From positions 41,839 to 105,838 of the forward strand of contig NZ_DYHZ01000007.1 in NCBI RefSeq assembly GCF_020723905.1: a stretch of DNA of 64,000 bases. The letters run 5' to 3'. The position numbers and the translations under genes are program-made. Positions 38,017-47,351 of the stretch are shown in pieces. The notes below the pieces were generated by a model. It was not told where the DNA came from and ran no database searches. It saw only the letters and a program-made list of their open reading frames with translations. Position 1 is the stretch's first letter; every line of letters starts with the position of its first letter. The DNA comes from Anaerolinea thermophila. GTDB lineage: Bacteria > Chloroflexota > Anaerolineae > Anaerolineales > Anaerolineaceae.

Positions 38017-39060
38017 ATGGATGAAGTACGCATTGGTGTGATCGGTCTGGGGATGGGGCGCAACCATGTGGCAGGATTTCAGAGCCATCCCCGGGCGCGG
38101 GTGGTCGCGGTAGCAGACATGAATGAGCGCTTGCTTCATGAATTGGCTGACCGTTATGGTGTGGAAAAGCGGTATACCAGCGCCGAAGAGATGCTGGAAA
38201 TGGAGCGTCTGGATGCCGTGAGTATTGCCACGCCGAACAAATTCCACGCACCGCTGACACTGGCGGCACTGGCGGCAGGGTGTCATGTCCTTTGTGAAAA
38301 GCCGATGGCAATGAGTGCTTCAGAAGCACGTCAGATGCTGAATGCCGCCCAACAGGCTGGCAAGCGATTGATGATTAACTTTTCTTACCGCTTTACCGAG
38401 CAAAGCATGGTGCTCAAACAGCAGGTTGATGCCGGGGTACTGGGTGAAATTTACTTCGGGCGTACTGTCTGGCATCGGCGGCGCGGTTTACCCGGTTTTG
38501 GCGGCTGGTTTGGACAAAAAGCCCTTTCAGGTGGAGGACCGCTGATTGATCTGGGAGTGCACCGCCTGGATTTAGCCCTCTGGCTGATGGGGTATCCCCA
38601 GCCGGTCTGGGTGATGGGAAGCGCCTATCAATACATCGGTGCAGAACTGGCGCAAAAACAGGGCAAGACCTTTGACGTGGAAGACCTGGCTGCAGGGATG
38701 ATTCGCTTTGAGAATGGAGCAACCCTGATACTCGAAGCCTCATGGGCAGCAAACATTAAAGAAAGCGAATTCATGGAAACCCGCCTGTATGGGACGCGCG
38801 CCGGGCTGGTACAGAGGAATCTGGATGAGGGGTACCGCTTTGAGGCAGAGATTTTCCTTGAGAAGGATGGTGCACACTTTGATATGAAACTGCACCCGCC
38901 CTACCCGCCGGTGACCTCGTCGTATTACCATTTTGTGGATTGCCTTCTCACTGGCAAGCCGCACATTGCCACCGGAGAGGAAGGCTTAAAGGTCATGCAG
39001 ATTCTCGATGCGCTGTATCAAAGCGCCGCGGCGGGCAAGCCGGTAAAAATTGAGAATTGA
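38017..39060 (+). CDS. Gfo/Idh/MocA family oxidoreductase
   Basis: GVIGLGMG, CEKP, GGGPLIDLGVH. Confidence 0.93.
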   Translation: MDEVRIGVIGLGMGRNHVAGFQSHPRARVVAVADMNERLLHELADRYGVEKRYTSAEEMLEMERLDAVSIATPNKFHAPLTLAALAAGCHVLCEKPMAMSASEARQMLNAAQQAGKRLMINFSYRFTEQSMVLKQQVDAGVLGEIYFGRTVWHRRRGLPGFGGWFGQKALSGGGPLIDLGVHRLDLALWLMGYPQPVWVMGSAYQYIGAELAQKQGKTFDVEDLAAGMIRFENGATLILEASWAANIKESEFMETRLYGTRAGLVQRNLDEGYRFEAEIFLEKDGAHFDMKLHPPYPPVTSSYYHFVDCLLTGKPHIATGEEGLKVMQILDALYQSAAAGKPVKIEN

Positions 39061-39087
39061 GAACAACAGAGAGCCCAGATGGCAAAC

Positions 39088-39123
39088 AAAAAACCGGCTT
39101 TCTTTGATGGAAGCCGGTTTTTT
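39088..39123. terminator. Bidirectional intrinsic terminator
   Basis: AAAAAACCGGCTT-loop-AAGCCGGTTTTTT between convergent genes. Confidence 0.88.
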
Positions 39124-39140
39124 CCCTCTATATTCAGGCT

Positions 39141-40643
39141 TTACAACCCGTAAATTTCTCTGTATTTGCTTTCCAGATAACGCAGATACGGCTGGGGCGT
39201 GATGCGCGAGCCGGTCACCTTCTCAACCAGTTCCTGCGGTTCGTATAAACGTCCCCAGCGGTGTACGTTGTCCCTTAGCCAGCCCAGCAGGGCGCTAAAT
39301 TCGCCTTTTTCAATTTGTCCATCCAGGTCGGGAATATCGGCGTGAATCTTTTCCCACAATTGCGCCGAGACCAGATTGCCCAGTGCGTAGGTGGGGAAGT
39401 AGCCAAAGTACCCGCTTGACCAGTGAATGTCCTGCAGAACGCCCAGGGCATCGTTGGGCGGGGTGAGCCCCAGGTAGGACTGGAACTTTTCGTTCCAGGC
39501 GGCGGGCAGGTCTTTCACTTCCAGACTGCCTTCCAGCAGGGCAATTTCCAGTTCCAGCCTCAGCATGATGTGCAGGTTGTAGGTGGCTTCATCGGCTTCC
39601 ACGCGGATGAACGAAGGCTGGACTTTGTTAATGGCTTTATAGAAGGCTTCCAGCGGCACGTTGCCCAGTTGAGTGGGGAAGTACTCCTGCAGGCGCGGGT
39701 AGAAGAAACGCCAGAACGGTAGAGAACGCCCGACCAGATTCTCCCACATGCGCGATTGAGACTCATGAATTGCCATTGAAGCCCCCTGGCGCAGGGGAGT
39801 GCGGTGATAGGCAGGGTCCAGTCCCAGATCGTACAGGGCATGACCGCATTCGTGCATTGTGCCAAAGAGTGCTGTCCCCAGCCGGCGGGTATCCACGCGG
39901 GTGGTGATGCGCACATCACCCACGCCAAAACTGGTGGTGAAGGGGTGCGCTGCTTTATCCTGCCGTCCCTTCTGCCAGTCGTAGCCAAAGCGGGTGATGA
40001 CTTCCACGCCGAAATCCCACTGGGCTTTCTCGGGAAATTCCTGTTGCAGGAAGGAATCATCTACCTGAGGGTGGGCTTGAATGGCTTTGAGCAGGGTAAC
40101 CTGCCTCGGGCGCACTTCATCAAAGATCGCCTGTACTTCAGCAGTTTTCATGCCCGGTTCAAAATCATCCAGTTGCGGGTCGTACACATGGGTGTATGGT
40201 TTGAAGAACTCCGAGTACTCACGGCGCATTTCAACGATGCGTTCCAGATGCGGCTGGAACTGGCGGAAATCTGCCTGCTGGCGGGCTTTCACCCAGGCTT
40301 CCTGTGCCAGGGTGGTCACCTCGGTGAACTCTGTGACCCACTTTGCCGGCACACGGGTGCGTTTCTGGTAGTCTCGCAGCGTCACTCGAACCAGGGCCCG
40401 CTCGAAAGAATCGGCGGGCAGGTGAGCCGTTTCTTTTTCGAGGTCAGCGAGTAATTCGCCCATCTCGCTGGAAACCCAGCGCTCATGCTCCAGACGCGCC
40501 AGCAAAGCCAGTTGACTGCCGCGGTCTTCAGCGCCGCCGGGGGGCATGTAGGTCTGCTGGTCCCAACTGAGGATGGCGGCAGTGGCTGTCAGGTCGGTAA
40601 TTTCACCTAACAGGGTCTTCAATTTTGCAAGTTTTTCTTCCAT
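39141..40643 (-). CDS. Carboxypeptidase M32 (Taq-type)
   Basis: HPFT, HECGH (HEXXH), HESQS, IRVEADE, QDIHW, GYFPTYALG. Confidence 0.96.
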   Translation of the reverse strand: MEEKLAKLKTLLGEITDLTATAAILSWDQQTYMPPGGAEDRGSQLALLARLEHERWVSSEMGELLADLEKETAHLPADSFERALVRVTLRDYQKRTRVPAKWVTEFTEVTTLAQEAWVKARQQADFRQFQPHLERIVEMRREYSEFFKPYTHVYDPQLDDFEPGMKTAEVQAIFDEVRPRQVTLLKAIQAHPQVDDSFLQQEFPEKAQWDFGVEVITRFGYDWQKGRQDKAAHPFTTSFGVGDVRITTRVDTRRLGTALFGTMHECGHALYDLGLDPAYHRTPLRQGASMAIHESQSRMWENLVGRSLPFWRFFYPRLQEYFPTQLGNVPLEAFYKAINKVQPSFIRVEADEATYNLHIMLRLELEIALLEGSLEVKDLPAAWNEKFQSYLGLTPPNDALGVLQDIHWSSGYFGYFPTYALGNLVSAQLWEKIHADIPDLDGQIEKGEFSALLGWLRDNVHRWGRLYEPQELVEKVTGSRITPQPYLRYLESKYREIYGL

Positions 40644-40721
40644 GGGACACCTTTCTAAATAAACTGAAGTTGTAAATTTGTCTTCCGCCTTTGGGGTGGA
40701 ATTCCATTCAAAGGAAGGCGC

Positions 40722-41666
40722 TCAGGCGCACTTCCAGCGCAGGGGGTCACCCTTCAAAGCGGCAACGACCTCGGTTGCAATGTCATACCCTGCCCGTGCC
40801 TGGGCTTCATGAGTCTGGGCGCCCATATGAGGGGTGCAGATGACGTGCGGGTGCATCACCAGCGGGTTGTTTTCGCTGGGCGGTTCGACTGAAAAGACAT
40901 CCAGGGCGGCGCCGGCAACTTTGCCAGAGTTGAGTGCTGCCAGCAGGGCTTCTTCGTCCACAATGCCGCCGCGCGCAGCATTGATCAGATAAACGCCGTC
41001 TTTCATTTTCGCAAACTGTTCATGGCTGAGCAGGTTTCTGGTTTCAGCGGTCAGGGGCAGGTGCAGAGAGAGGAAATCAGAGCGTGCCAGCAGGTCGTCG
41101 AGTTCTTCGACCGGTTCACTGCACTGGCACAGTTCGTCTTTGGGGCGGAAACGATCGAACGCCAGCACATGCATGCCGAAAGCCTGGGCGCGTTCGGCTA
41201 CCGCAGAGCCAATCCGTCCACACCCGATAATGCCCAGGGTTTTCTGATAGAGTTCGTGTCCTTCAAACTCTTTCTTCAGCCATTTTCCCTGTTTCATGCT
41301 GGCATCAGCGCGGGGAATTTCGCGCACCAGCGCCAGCATCAATCCCATCGCCAGTTCGGCGACGGAAACGGTGGTTGCCAGTGGAGAGTTGACCACAGTG
41401 ACGCCGGCGGCGCGGGCAGCGTTGAGGTCAATGTTGTCCACACCAATGCCGGCACGTCCGACTACTTTCAGGCGTTTGCCCGCTTCGAATACGGCCGCAT
41501 TGACTTTGGTGCGACTGCGCACGATGAGCGCGTCAACCTCGCCCACTTCTTTCAGCAAATCTTCCGGTGAGATGCCACTGCGATCGATCACTTCGGCATG
41601 TTCGCGTAAATAGGCTTTGCCTTTTTCTGCCAGCCCATCGGTGATCATGATCTTAAAAGTTGCCAT
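40722..41666 (-). CDS. D-3-phosphoglycerate dehydrogenase-like hydroxyacid dehydrogenase (no ACT domain)
   Basis: GRAGIGVDNID, GIIGCGRIG, INAARGG, TPHMGAQT. Confidence 0.88.
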   Translation of the reverse strand: MATFKIMITDGLAEKGKAYLREHAEVIDRSGISPEDLLKEVGEVDALIVRSRTKVNAAVFEAGKRLKVVGRAGIGVDNIDLNAARAAGVTVVNSPLATTVSVAELAMGLMLALVREIPRADASMKQGKWLKKEFEGHELYQKTLGIIGCGRIGSAVAERAQAFGMHVLAFDRFRPKDELCQCSEPVEELDDLLARSDFLSLHLPLTAETRNLLSHEQFAKMKDGVYLINAARGGIVDEEALLAALNSGKVAGAALDVFSVEPPSENNPLVMHPHVICTPHMGAQTHEAQARAGYDIATEVVAALKGDPLRWKCA

Positions 41667-41756
41667 GAGACACTTCTCCTTGGGATGATTTCATCGAGGG
41701 GAGTTCCCCGTTTGATTGTACCCTGAGTTGTGTCATAATTCCAATCCGGTCTTTGC

Positions 41757-42203
41757 TCACTCTTTCCCGAGGTCCAGATCCTCGATAACTTGCAGACAGG
41801 CATCGTCTTGCGGGTTGGGCTGGTACAAAGTGCCAAACCAGGCATCCAGAATTTCCACTGCTACTGGCTCGCTGGTCAGACGCATGGCCAGGCATAACAC
41901 ATTGGCATTGTTCCACTTTCGCGCTCCTCGGGCGGTCTCGGCATCTGCGCACAGCGCGGCGCGAATGCCGCGCACCTTATTGGCGGCAATGCTGACTCCA
42001 GTACCTGTCCAGCACAGCAGGATGCCCTCGTCAGCATCCCCGTGCGCCACCGCCCTTGCGGTATCGCGCGCCACCGCTGACCACTGCCAGGTTTCTCCGA
42101 CTGGCGGTCCAAAGGATTGAATTTCGTGCCCATGCTCGGTGAGGTAAGCCAGCAGACGATCTACGATAGGCAGATGTTCATCCCAGCCTATGGCAATTCG
42201 CAT
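41757..42203 (-). CDS. RpiB/LacA/LacB family sugar-phosphate isomerase
   Basis: CWTGTGVSIAANKVRGIRAA, ARKWNNANVLCL. ATG at 42203. Confidence 0.88.
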   Translation of the reverse strand: MRIAIGWDEHLPIVDRLLAYLTEHGHEIQSFGPPVGETWQWSAVARDTARAVAHGDADEGILLCWTGTGVSIAANKVRGIRAALCADAETARGARKWNNANVLCLAMRLTSEPVAVEILDAWFGTLYQPNPQDDACLQVIEDLDLGKE

Positions 42204-42261
42204 ATTCCCTCCGGGTTCATGTGATAGACTGATTATAATAAGCATCGGGTTGAGGACGAAA

Positions 42262-42642
42262 GTGGAATCAGCGCATCTTGTTGAGTACATCCGGCAAAAA
42301 ATGGCTGAGGTGGAAGCCAGTTATCAGCATCAGTCGGCAGGTTCTTCGTTCTGCCAGATCCAGAAAGATGGACGCGTATCCGGTGGTTTGAAGTACGAAG
42401 AAGGGCGTCTGGTTGCGTTGCAGTGGGTTTTGCGCACGCTTCAAAAGCAGGGAGATGCAGGGTTTTTGGCTGTTGCAGCAGAACGGGATCACTGGTTGAA
42501 GGCGCTGGCTGATGTGCAGGCAAAATCTCCTCCTCCCATCCTCTGGGTTGCCTATCGCCAGGGCGGGGTGGATGCTCTGACCTGGGTCATGGAAATGATC
42601 CGGGCGGAGAAAAGTTTTCCTGAACAGAGCGATGAGATATAA
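42262..42642 (+). CDS. Hypothetical protein
   Basis: A TATAAT and a GAGG RBS precede GTG 42262; the next gene starts 8 nt after its stop. No family recognised. Confidence 0.6.
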   Translation: MESAHLVEYIRQKMAEVEASYQHQSAGSSFCQIQKDGRVSGGLKYEEGRLVALQWVLRTLQKQGDAGFLAVAAERDHWLKALADVQAKSPPPILWVAYRQGGVDALTWVMEMIRAEKSFPEQSDEI

Positions 42643-42650
42643 TCTACTGC

Positions 42651-43073
42651 ATGGCTGAATTTCGTTTTTCCATCCCCCTTGAAACTCGTTATGGTGACCT
42701 TGACCCGCAGTGGCATCTGAATAATGCGCGTTTCCTGACCTTTTTTGAGCATGCCCGCATGGCATATCTGGTGCATCTGGGACTGTGGGACGGCAAGGAT
42801 TTCTTCAAACTTGGCTTGATTGTTGCCGATGTGCACGTTTCTTACCTGGCGCCAGTAGAAATTTTCCGCAAATGCCGGGTAGAATTGCGCGTTTCCCGTC
42901 TGGGCAACAAAAGCATGACCTTTGAATACCGTCTGGTAGATGAAGAGGACGGCACCCTCTACGCCACTGCTGAAACGGTGATGGTCTCTTACGATTATTA
43001 TGCCCGCAAGAGCATTCCCATTCCTTCCGAATGGCGCGAGAAAATTGCTGCCTTTGAAGGCTTGACCGTCTGA
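42651..43073 (+). CDS. Acyl-CoA thioesterase (4HBT/YbgC hot-dog fold)
   Basis: RYGDLDPQWHLNNARFLTFFEHAR, RLGNKS. Confidence 0.9.
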   Translation: MAEFRFSIPLETRYGDLDPQWHLNNARFLTFFEHARMAYLVHLGLWDGKDFFKLGLIVADVHVSYLAPVEIFRKCRVELRVSRLGNKSMTFEYRLVDEEDGTLYATAETVMVSYDYYARKSIPIPSEWREKIAAFEGLTV

Positions 43074-43088
43074 AGAAAGGAACCCGGC

Positions 43089-44135
43089 ATGACTTTACCT
43101 GCAATTGATACTGCGGATCTGGTAAGTTTTCTTACCCGATTACTGAACACGCCCAGCCCGACGGGATTCACCCATCGAGCCATCAGCGTGACTGAACAGG
43201 CACTGGAAGGGTTGCCCGTTACTCTTCGGCGCACGCGTAAAGGTGCGCTGGTGATTCGCTGGGAAGGCGAGCGCAATACCGCTCCCCGGGGCTTAACCGC
43301 GCATGTGGATACCCTTGGAGCAATGGTCAAGGAAATCAAGCCTAACGGACGGCTTAAACTGACCAAAGTGGGCGGGTTTGCCTGGAACACGGTAGAGGGC
43401 GAGAACTGCACCGTTTTTACCCGCGGTGGGCGGGAAATCCGCGGGACTCTGCTCCTTACCAAAGCCTCGGCTCACGTGCACAGCAGCGCCGTAAATGACA
43501 CAAAACGGGAAGATGATGTCATGGAAGTGCGTCTGGACGAGCGTACCACGTCTGCCAGTGAGACCCGTGCGCTGGGAATTGAGGTGGGCGATTTTGTGGC
43601 ATTCGATCCCCGCGTGGAGGTGATTAACGGGTTTGTACGCTCGCGTCACCTGGATGATAAAGCCTGTGTGGCGTGCATTGTGGCAGCCTTCAAAGCCCTG
43701 TATGCTGCCGGGAAGAAGCCCACCCAGACCACCATCGCGCTCATCAGTAATTATGAGGAAGTGGGGCATGGTGCGGCTGCCGGCTTCCCGCCGGAGATGA
43801 GCGAACTGCTGGTGGTGGACATGGCGGCTGTGGGGGAGGGGCAAAATTCGGATGAATTTCATGCCTCGCTGTGTGTTAAGGATTCACACGGTCCCTATCA
43901 TCATGAGATGAGCAACCGTCTGCGAGAGATTGCCGAGGCGCACCAGATTCCCTACAAAGTGGATATCTATCCCTACTACGGTTCGGATGGAGAGGCGTAC
44001 TGGTATGCGGGTGGTGATGTGGCAGTGGCGCTGATTGGTCCCGGAGTAGACGCTTCCCACAATTATGAGCGCACTCACATCGAGGCGCTGGAAGCCACTG
44101 CACGCTGGGTTCTGGCATACCTGCTGGCGGAGTGA
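43089..44135 (+). CDS. M42-family metallopeptidase
   Basis: AHVDTLG, RHLDDK, YEEVGHG, VDM, SHNYERTH. Confidence 0.93.
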   Translation: MTLPAIDTADLVSFLTRLLNTPSPTGFTHRAISVTEQALEGLPVTLRRTRKGALVIRWEGERNTAPRGLTAHVDTLGAMVKEIKPNGRLKLTKVGGFAWNTVEGENCTVFTRGGREIRGTLLLTKASAHVHSSAVNDTKREDDVMEVRLDERTTSASETRALGIEVGDFVAFDPRVEVINGFVRSRHLDDKACVACIVAAFKALYAAGKKPTQTTIALISNYEEVGHGAAAGFPPEMSELLVVDMAAVGEGQNSDEFHASLCVKDSHGPYHHEMSNRLREIAEAHQIPYKVDIYPYYGSDGEAYWYAGGDVAVALIGPGVDASHNYERTHIEALEATARWVLAYLLAE

Positions 44136-44208
44136 GCCATTTTTTGCCAAAGAACGAAGATTTTATGATATAATCGCTGTGCGCTGAGGGAGACGCCTCG
44201 CGCCCTCA

Positions 44209-44294
<86 letters not shown>

Positions 44295-44309
44295 TCAAAA
44301 GATGCACCC

Positions 44310-44404
44310 GGGGAGGTGCCAGAGAGGTCGAATGGGGCCGCCTGCTAAGTGGTTGTCGGGAGCTAAACTCTCGACCGCGGGTTCGAATCCCGCCCTCCCC
44401 GCCA
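44310..44404 (+). tRNA. tRNA-Ser (anticodon GCT)
   Basis: Acceptor GGGGAGG/CCTCCCC + GCCA, anticodon loop CT-GCT-AA, long variable arm, GGGTTCGAATCCC. Confidence 0.97.
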
Positions 44405-44640
44405 GGAAAAATACACCCGCCGATTCTGGCGGGTTTTAGTTTGGCTGTGCGGGTTCGAACCCCATTGAGGGACACGTCCCGCCCTCCCCGCCAGGAAAAA
44501 TACACCCGCCGATTCTGGCGGGTTTTAGTTTGGCTGTGCGGGTTCGAACCCCATTGAGGGACACGTCCCGCCCTCCCCGCCAGGAAAAATACACCCGCCG
44601 ATTCTGGCGGGTTTTAGTTTGGCTGTGCGGGTTCGAACCC
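44388..44640 (+). repeat. tRNA-linked 89-bp tandem repeat (about 2.8 identical copies), each starting with the last 17 nt of tRNA-Ser(GCT)
   Basis: TCCCGCCCTCCCCGCCA starts at 44388, 44477 and 44566. Each unit has the hairpin ACCCGCC-GATTCT-GGCGGGT-TTT and a T-arm copy GCGGGTTCGAA. Confidence 0.95.
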
Positions 44641-44654
44641 TATCTCCTTTTCAT

Positions 44655-45572
44655 TTACGGCAGCGTATTACCGGCTGCCAGATAAATCTCATACCATTCT
44701 TCACGGGTAAGGTGGACCTCTGCGGCTTTTACGCTGTCTTTCAACCGTTGCAGGTTGGTCGTACCGATCACCGGTTGCATTCTGGCTGGATGGCGCAACA
44801 GCCAGGCGATGGCAATAGTCGTGCTCGATACGCCGTACCGGGCGGCAATTTCATCCATTTTGGCGTTCAGAACCGGGAATTTTTCGTTGCCTACAAAAAC
44901 GCCTTCGAAGAACCCGTACAGGAAGGGCGACCAGGGCTGAATGGTGATGTCGTGCAACCGACAGTAGTCCAGAACGCTGCCATCGCGGTCATACGCTGCA
45001 GGCACATCCATGTTGACGTGCATCCCGTTTGCAATCATGTGAGCATGCATGATGCTCAATTGCAATTGATTGGCGACAACAGGTTGTTTAACAAATTTTT
45101 TCAACAGCTCAATCTGCATGGGTTTGTGATTGGATACGCCAAAATACTTCACTTTCCCTTTTGATTGCAGGAGATCAAATGCCTCTGCCACTTCTTCTGG
45201 TTCAACCAGTGCATCCGGACGGTGGAGCAGAAGCACATCCAGATAATCGGTTCGCAGGCGCCTGAGAATGCCGTCCACAGAATTAAGAATGTGTTCTTTG
45301 GAAAAGTCGTAACAATCCCTGCGGATGCCACACTTGGATTGCAGAATCACCTTTTCACGCACCTGTTCATTCATGTGTATCGCCTGAGCGAAAATTTCCT
45401 CACAGGCGCCGTCACCGTAAATATCGGCATGGTCAAAGAAGTTTGCGCCCAGATCCAGAGCCGTCTGGACGAACTCTTCGGCCTGTCGGGGTTGTAATTG
45501 ATTGATGCGCATGCATCCGATTGCCACCACCGGTACTTCCAGATCGCTGGACCCCAGTCTTATTTTTCTCAT
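44655..45572 (-). CDS. Aldo/keto reductase (YdhF/YcsN-like)
   Basis: FDHADIYG, SKCG, LLLHRPD, GVSNH, NQLQLS, PWSP, PVIGTT. Confidence 0.93.
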   Translation of the reverse strand: MRKIRLGSSDLEVPVVAIGCMRINQLQPRQAEEFVQTALDLGANFFDHADIYGDGACEEIFAQAIHMNEQVREKVILQSKCGIRRDCYDFSKEHILNSVDGILRRLRTDYLDVLLLHRPDALVEPEEVAEAFDLLQSKGKVKYFGVSNHKPMQIELLKKFVKQPVVANQLQLSIMHAHMIANGMHVNMDVPAAYDRDGSVLDYCRLHDITIQPWSPFLYGFFEGVFVGNEKFPVLNAKMDEIAARYGVSSTTIAIAWLLRHPARMQPVIGTTNLQRLKDSVKAAEVHLTREEWYEIYLAAGNTLP

Positions 45573-45654
45573 ATTGCACCTCTCTCTGATCAGTGGAAAA
45601 GACTGTCTTTATTGTATATGCTGTTCGTTGTCTGTGTGCGTTTTTCTCAAAACA

Positions 45655-45683
45655 TTGACGCTGATTCAAGGGCGTGATAGAAT
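45655..45683 (+). promoter_or_regulatory. Promoter of tRNA-Lys
   Basis: TTGACG-17-TAGAAT, with an extended -10 TG. Confidence 0.8.
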
Positions 45684-45693
45684 TTGCTCCGTC

Positions 45694-45765
45694 GGGCGTG
45701 TAGCTCAACGGCAGAGCAGTGGCCTTTTAAGCCATTGGTTCAGGGTTCGAATCCCTGCACGCTCA
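45694..45765 (+). tRNA. tRNA-Lys (anticodon TTT)
   Basis: GGGCGTG/CACGCTC + A, D-arm TAGCTCAACGGCAGAGC, anticodon loop CT-TTT-AA, GGTTCGAATCC. CCA is not encoded. Confidence 0.97.
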
Positions 45766-45804
45766 CTTTTTATTTAACGAGGGAATGGTTCATGTAAAAA
45801 AGGG

Positions 45805-45845
45805 GGACAGAGCATTCAATGAGGTGTTGAGATCTGGCTCTGTCC
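45805..45845. terminator. Probable terminator between tRNA-Lys and the convergent LysM gene
   Basis: GGACAGAGC...GCTCTGTCC stem flanked by A and T runs. Confidence 0.55.
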
Positions 45846-45893
45846 GCTCCTTTTATCTCGAAACGGTTTACTTTTCTTTAGAAACTAATTCTG

Positions 45894-47312
45894 TCAGGCT
45901 CTTTTCCTCGAAAAGAGCCACACCAGTCCTCCCCCTGCCACAGCCAGAATCAGGAATACCCACAGCCACGGCGCAGATGGAGTGCTCTGGGGGCTCGCTT
46001 CAGGGGTAGGCGTTGCCACCACGGGTGTAGGCGTTGGGCTGGGGGTAGCGGTAGGGGGATGCGGGGTAGCCGTAGGCGGTAGGGTCGGGCTGGGGGTGAA
46101 GGTGGGGGTGACCGGTGGAGTGACCTGTAGCAGAATCCGGTCACCGGGATGGATGATAGACGTGGCGTTCAGCCCGTTCCATACCATCAGGTCGTTTAAA
46201 CTTACCTCATACAGTCTGGCAATCCATGCCAGGGTTTCGCCACTCTGGACGGTGTGGTAATATTTGCCGTCACTGGCGGGGGTGAGTTTTTCGATGGGCG
46301 TCAACGGGCGCGGAGTTGGGCTGGGGGTGATGTTTCCGGGATAGATGATCAACTTTTGCCCGATTTGCAGGGGCCAGTCTGCCTGAATGCCGTTATATGC
46401 CAGCAGGGCATCTATGGTAGTACCGTAAGCCTCAGCGATTCGTATCAGAGTCTGATAGGCTTTGACTTCATGAACAATTCTTCCATCGGCATCGGGCGTG
46501 GCAATCTGGATCATCCATGCGGGTGTAGGAGTGGCATATCCCGCTGTATTACTGCCGGGGATGAACAACTTTTGTCCTACCTGTAAAGGAGCGTTGCGGG
46601 AGATGTTGTTCCAGATTTCCAGGTCCCGGATCGTTACTTTGTATGCCACGGCAATTGCCCACAGCGATTGCCCGTTTTGCACCACGTGAAACACCTTTCC
46701 GTCAGCATCCGGTGTAGCCACTTTGACCGGCACGATAATTTGTGGAACACCCGCGTTTACCGGCGTTTCACCCGGTTTTGGGGTGTAATTGGCGGGCGGG
46801 CGGTACTCGCCGCAGGATCTCCCTGCCACATAAGCCGCCTGAAGCACATAGTACGTCATGCCATTTGCTGCTTTGGCAACTCCTGCACCTACATGACAGT
46901 AGGCTGGATTGACAGCCGGAATCATGTGGTCAGGGTCTGCCCATGCCAGCATAATTTCGTCAATGGTGAATGTGCTGCCGACAGCAAAATTTTCGGTGGC
47001 GTAAACTTTCGCGCCCCCGCCATATCCTGCTGATTGCAATCGCCCGGACACGTTACCGATATGCCAGGACATCTGATTCGCTGCCATGATTTCAGCGGTT
47101 GCCTGGGCTACGGCATTGATGATGGGGTCTTCAATCAGGGGCGATAGTCCATTCGACACCCGCAGAGTATTCATGGCAAGAATCAGATCGTAAGCGGTAA
47201 CGCTCGACTGCGGGCTGAAGTTGGCTTTTTCTGCCTGAACCGGCACCGTTGAGTGAAACGAAGCCGCCAGGATGCCAGAGAGAAGGATCAAGCGTATCCA
47301 GATGGTTTTCAC
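45894..47312 (-). CDS. Secreted CAP/SCP + 3xLysM protein with a Pro/Thr linker and C-terminal membrane anchor
   Basis: Signal peptide; CAP motifs (LNTLRVSNGLSPL, SWH, TENFA, PDH, VGAGVA); three LysM repeats (GQSLWAIA, QTLIRIA, GETLAWIA); TM followed by SRKRA. Confidence 0.9.
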   Translation of the reverse strand: MKTIWIRLILLSGILAASFHSTVPVQAEKANFSPQSSVTAYDLILAMNTLRVSNGLSPLIEDPIINAVAQATAEIMAANQMSWHIGNVSGRLQSAGYGGGAKVYATENFAVGSTFTIDEIMLAWADPDHMIPAVNPAYCHVGAGVAKAANGMTYYVLQAAYVAGRSCGEYRPPANYTPKPGETPVNAGVPQIIVPVKVATPDADGKVFHVVQNGQSLWAIAVAYKVTIRDLEIWNNISRNAPLQVGQKLFIPGSNTAGYATPTPAWMIQIATPDADGRIVHEVKAYQTLIRIAEAYGTTIDALLAYNGIQADWPLQIGQKLIIYPGNITPSPTPRPLTPIEKLTPASDGKYYHTVQSGETLAWIARLYEVSLNDLMVWNGLNATSIIHPGDRILLQVTPPVTPTFTPSPTLPPTATPHPPTATPSPTPTPVVATPTPEASPQSTPSAPWLWVFLILAVAGGGLVWLFSRKRA

Positions 47313-47351
47313 GCCGTAATTATAACGGGAAAGTCAAGGCTTTTTCGAGCC

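Noticed and set aside
41757-42203. Variant RpiB motifs (GWDEH, CWTGTG)
   Set aside because: The catalytic Cys is retained and such variants fall within the known RpiB/LacAB family range. The substrate is uncertain but the change is not evidently novel.
44388-44640. Possible CRISPR array
   Set aside because: The units are identical along their whole length, so there are no variable spacers. They derive from the tRNA 3' end, and no cas genes are present.
45960-46125. Low-complexity repeats (CCx/ACx codons) in the LysM, C39 and SBP genes
   Set aside because: They are explained by Pro/Thr/Ala-rich protein linkers, not by DNA-level repeats.
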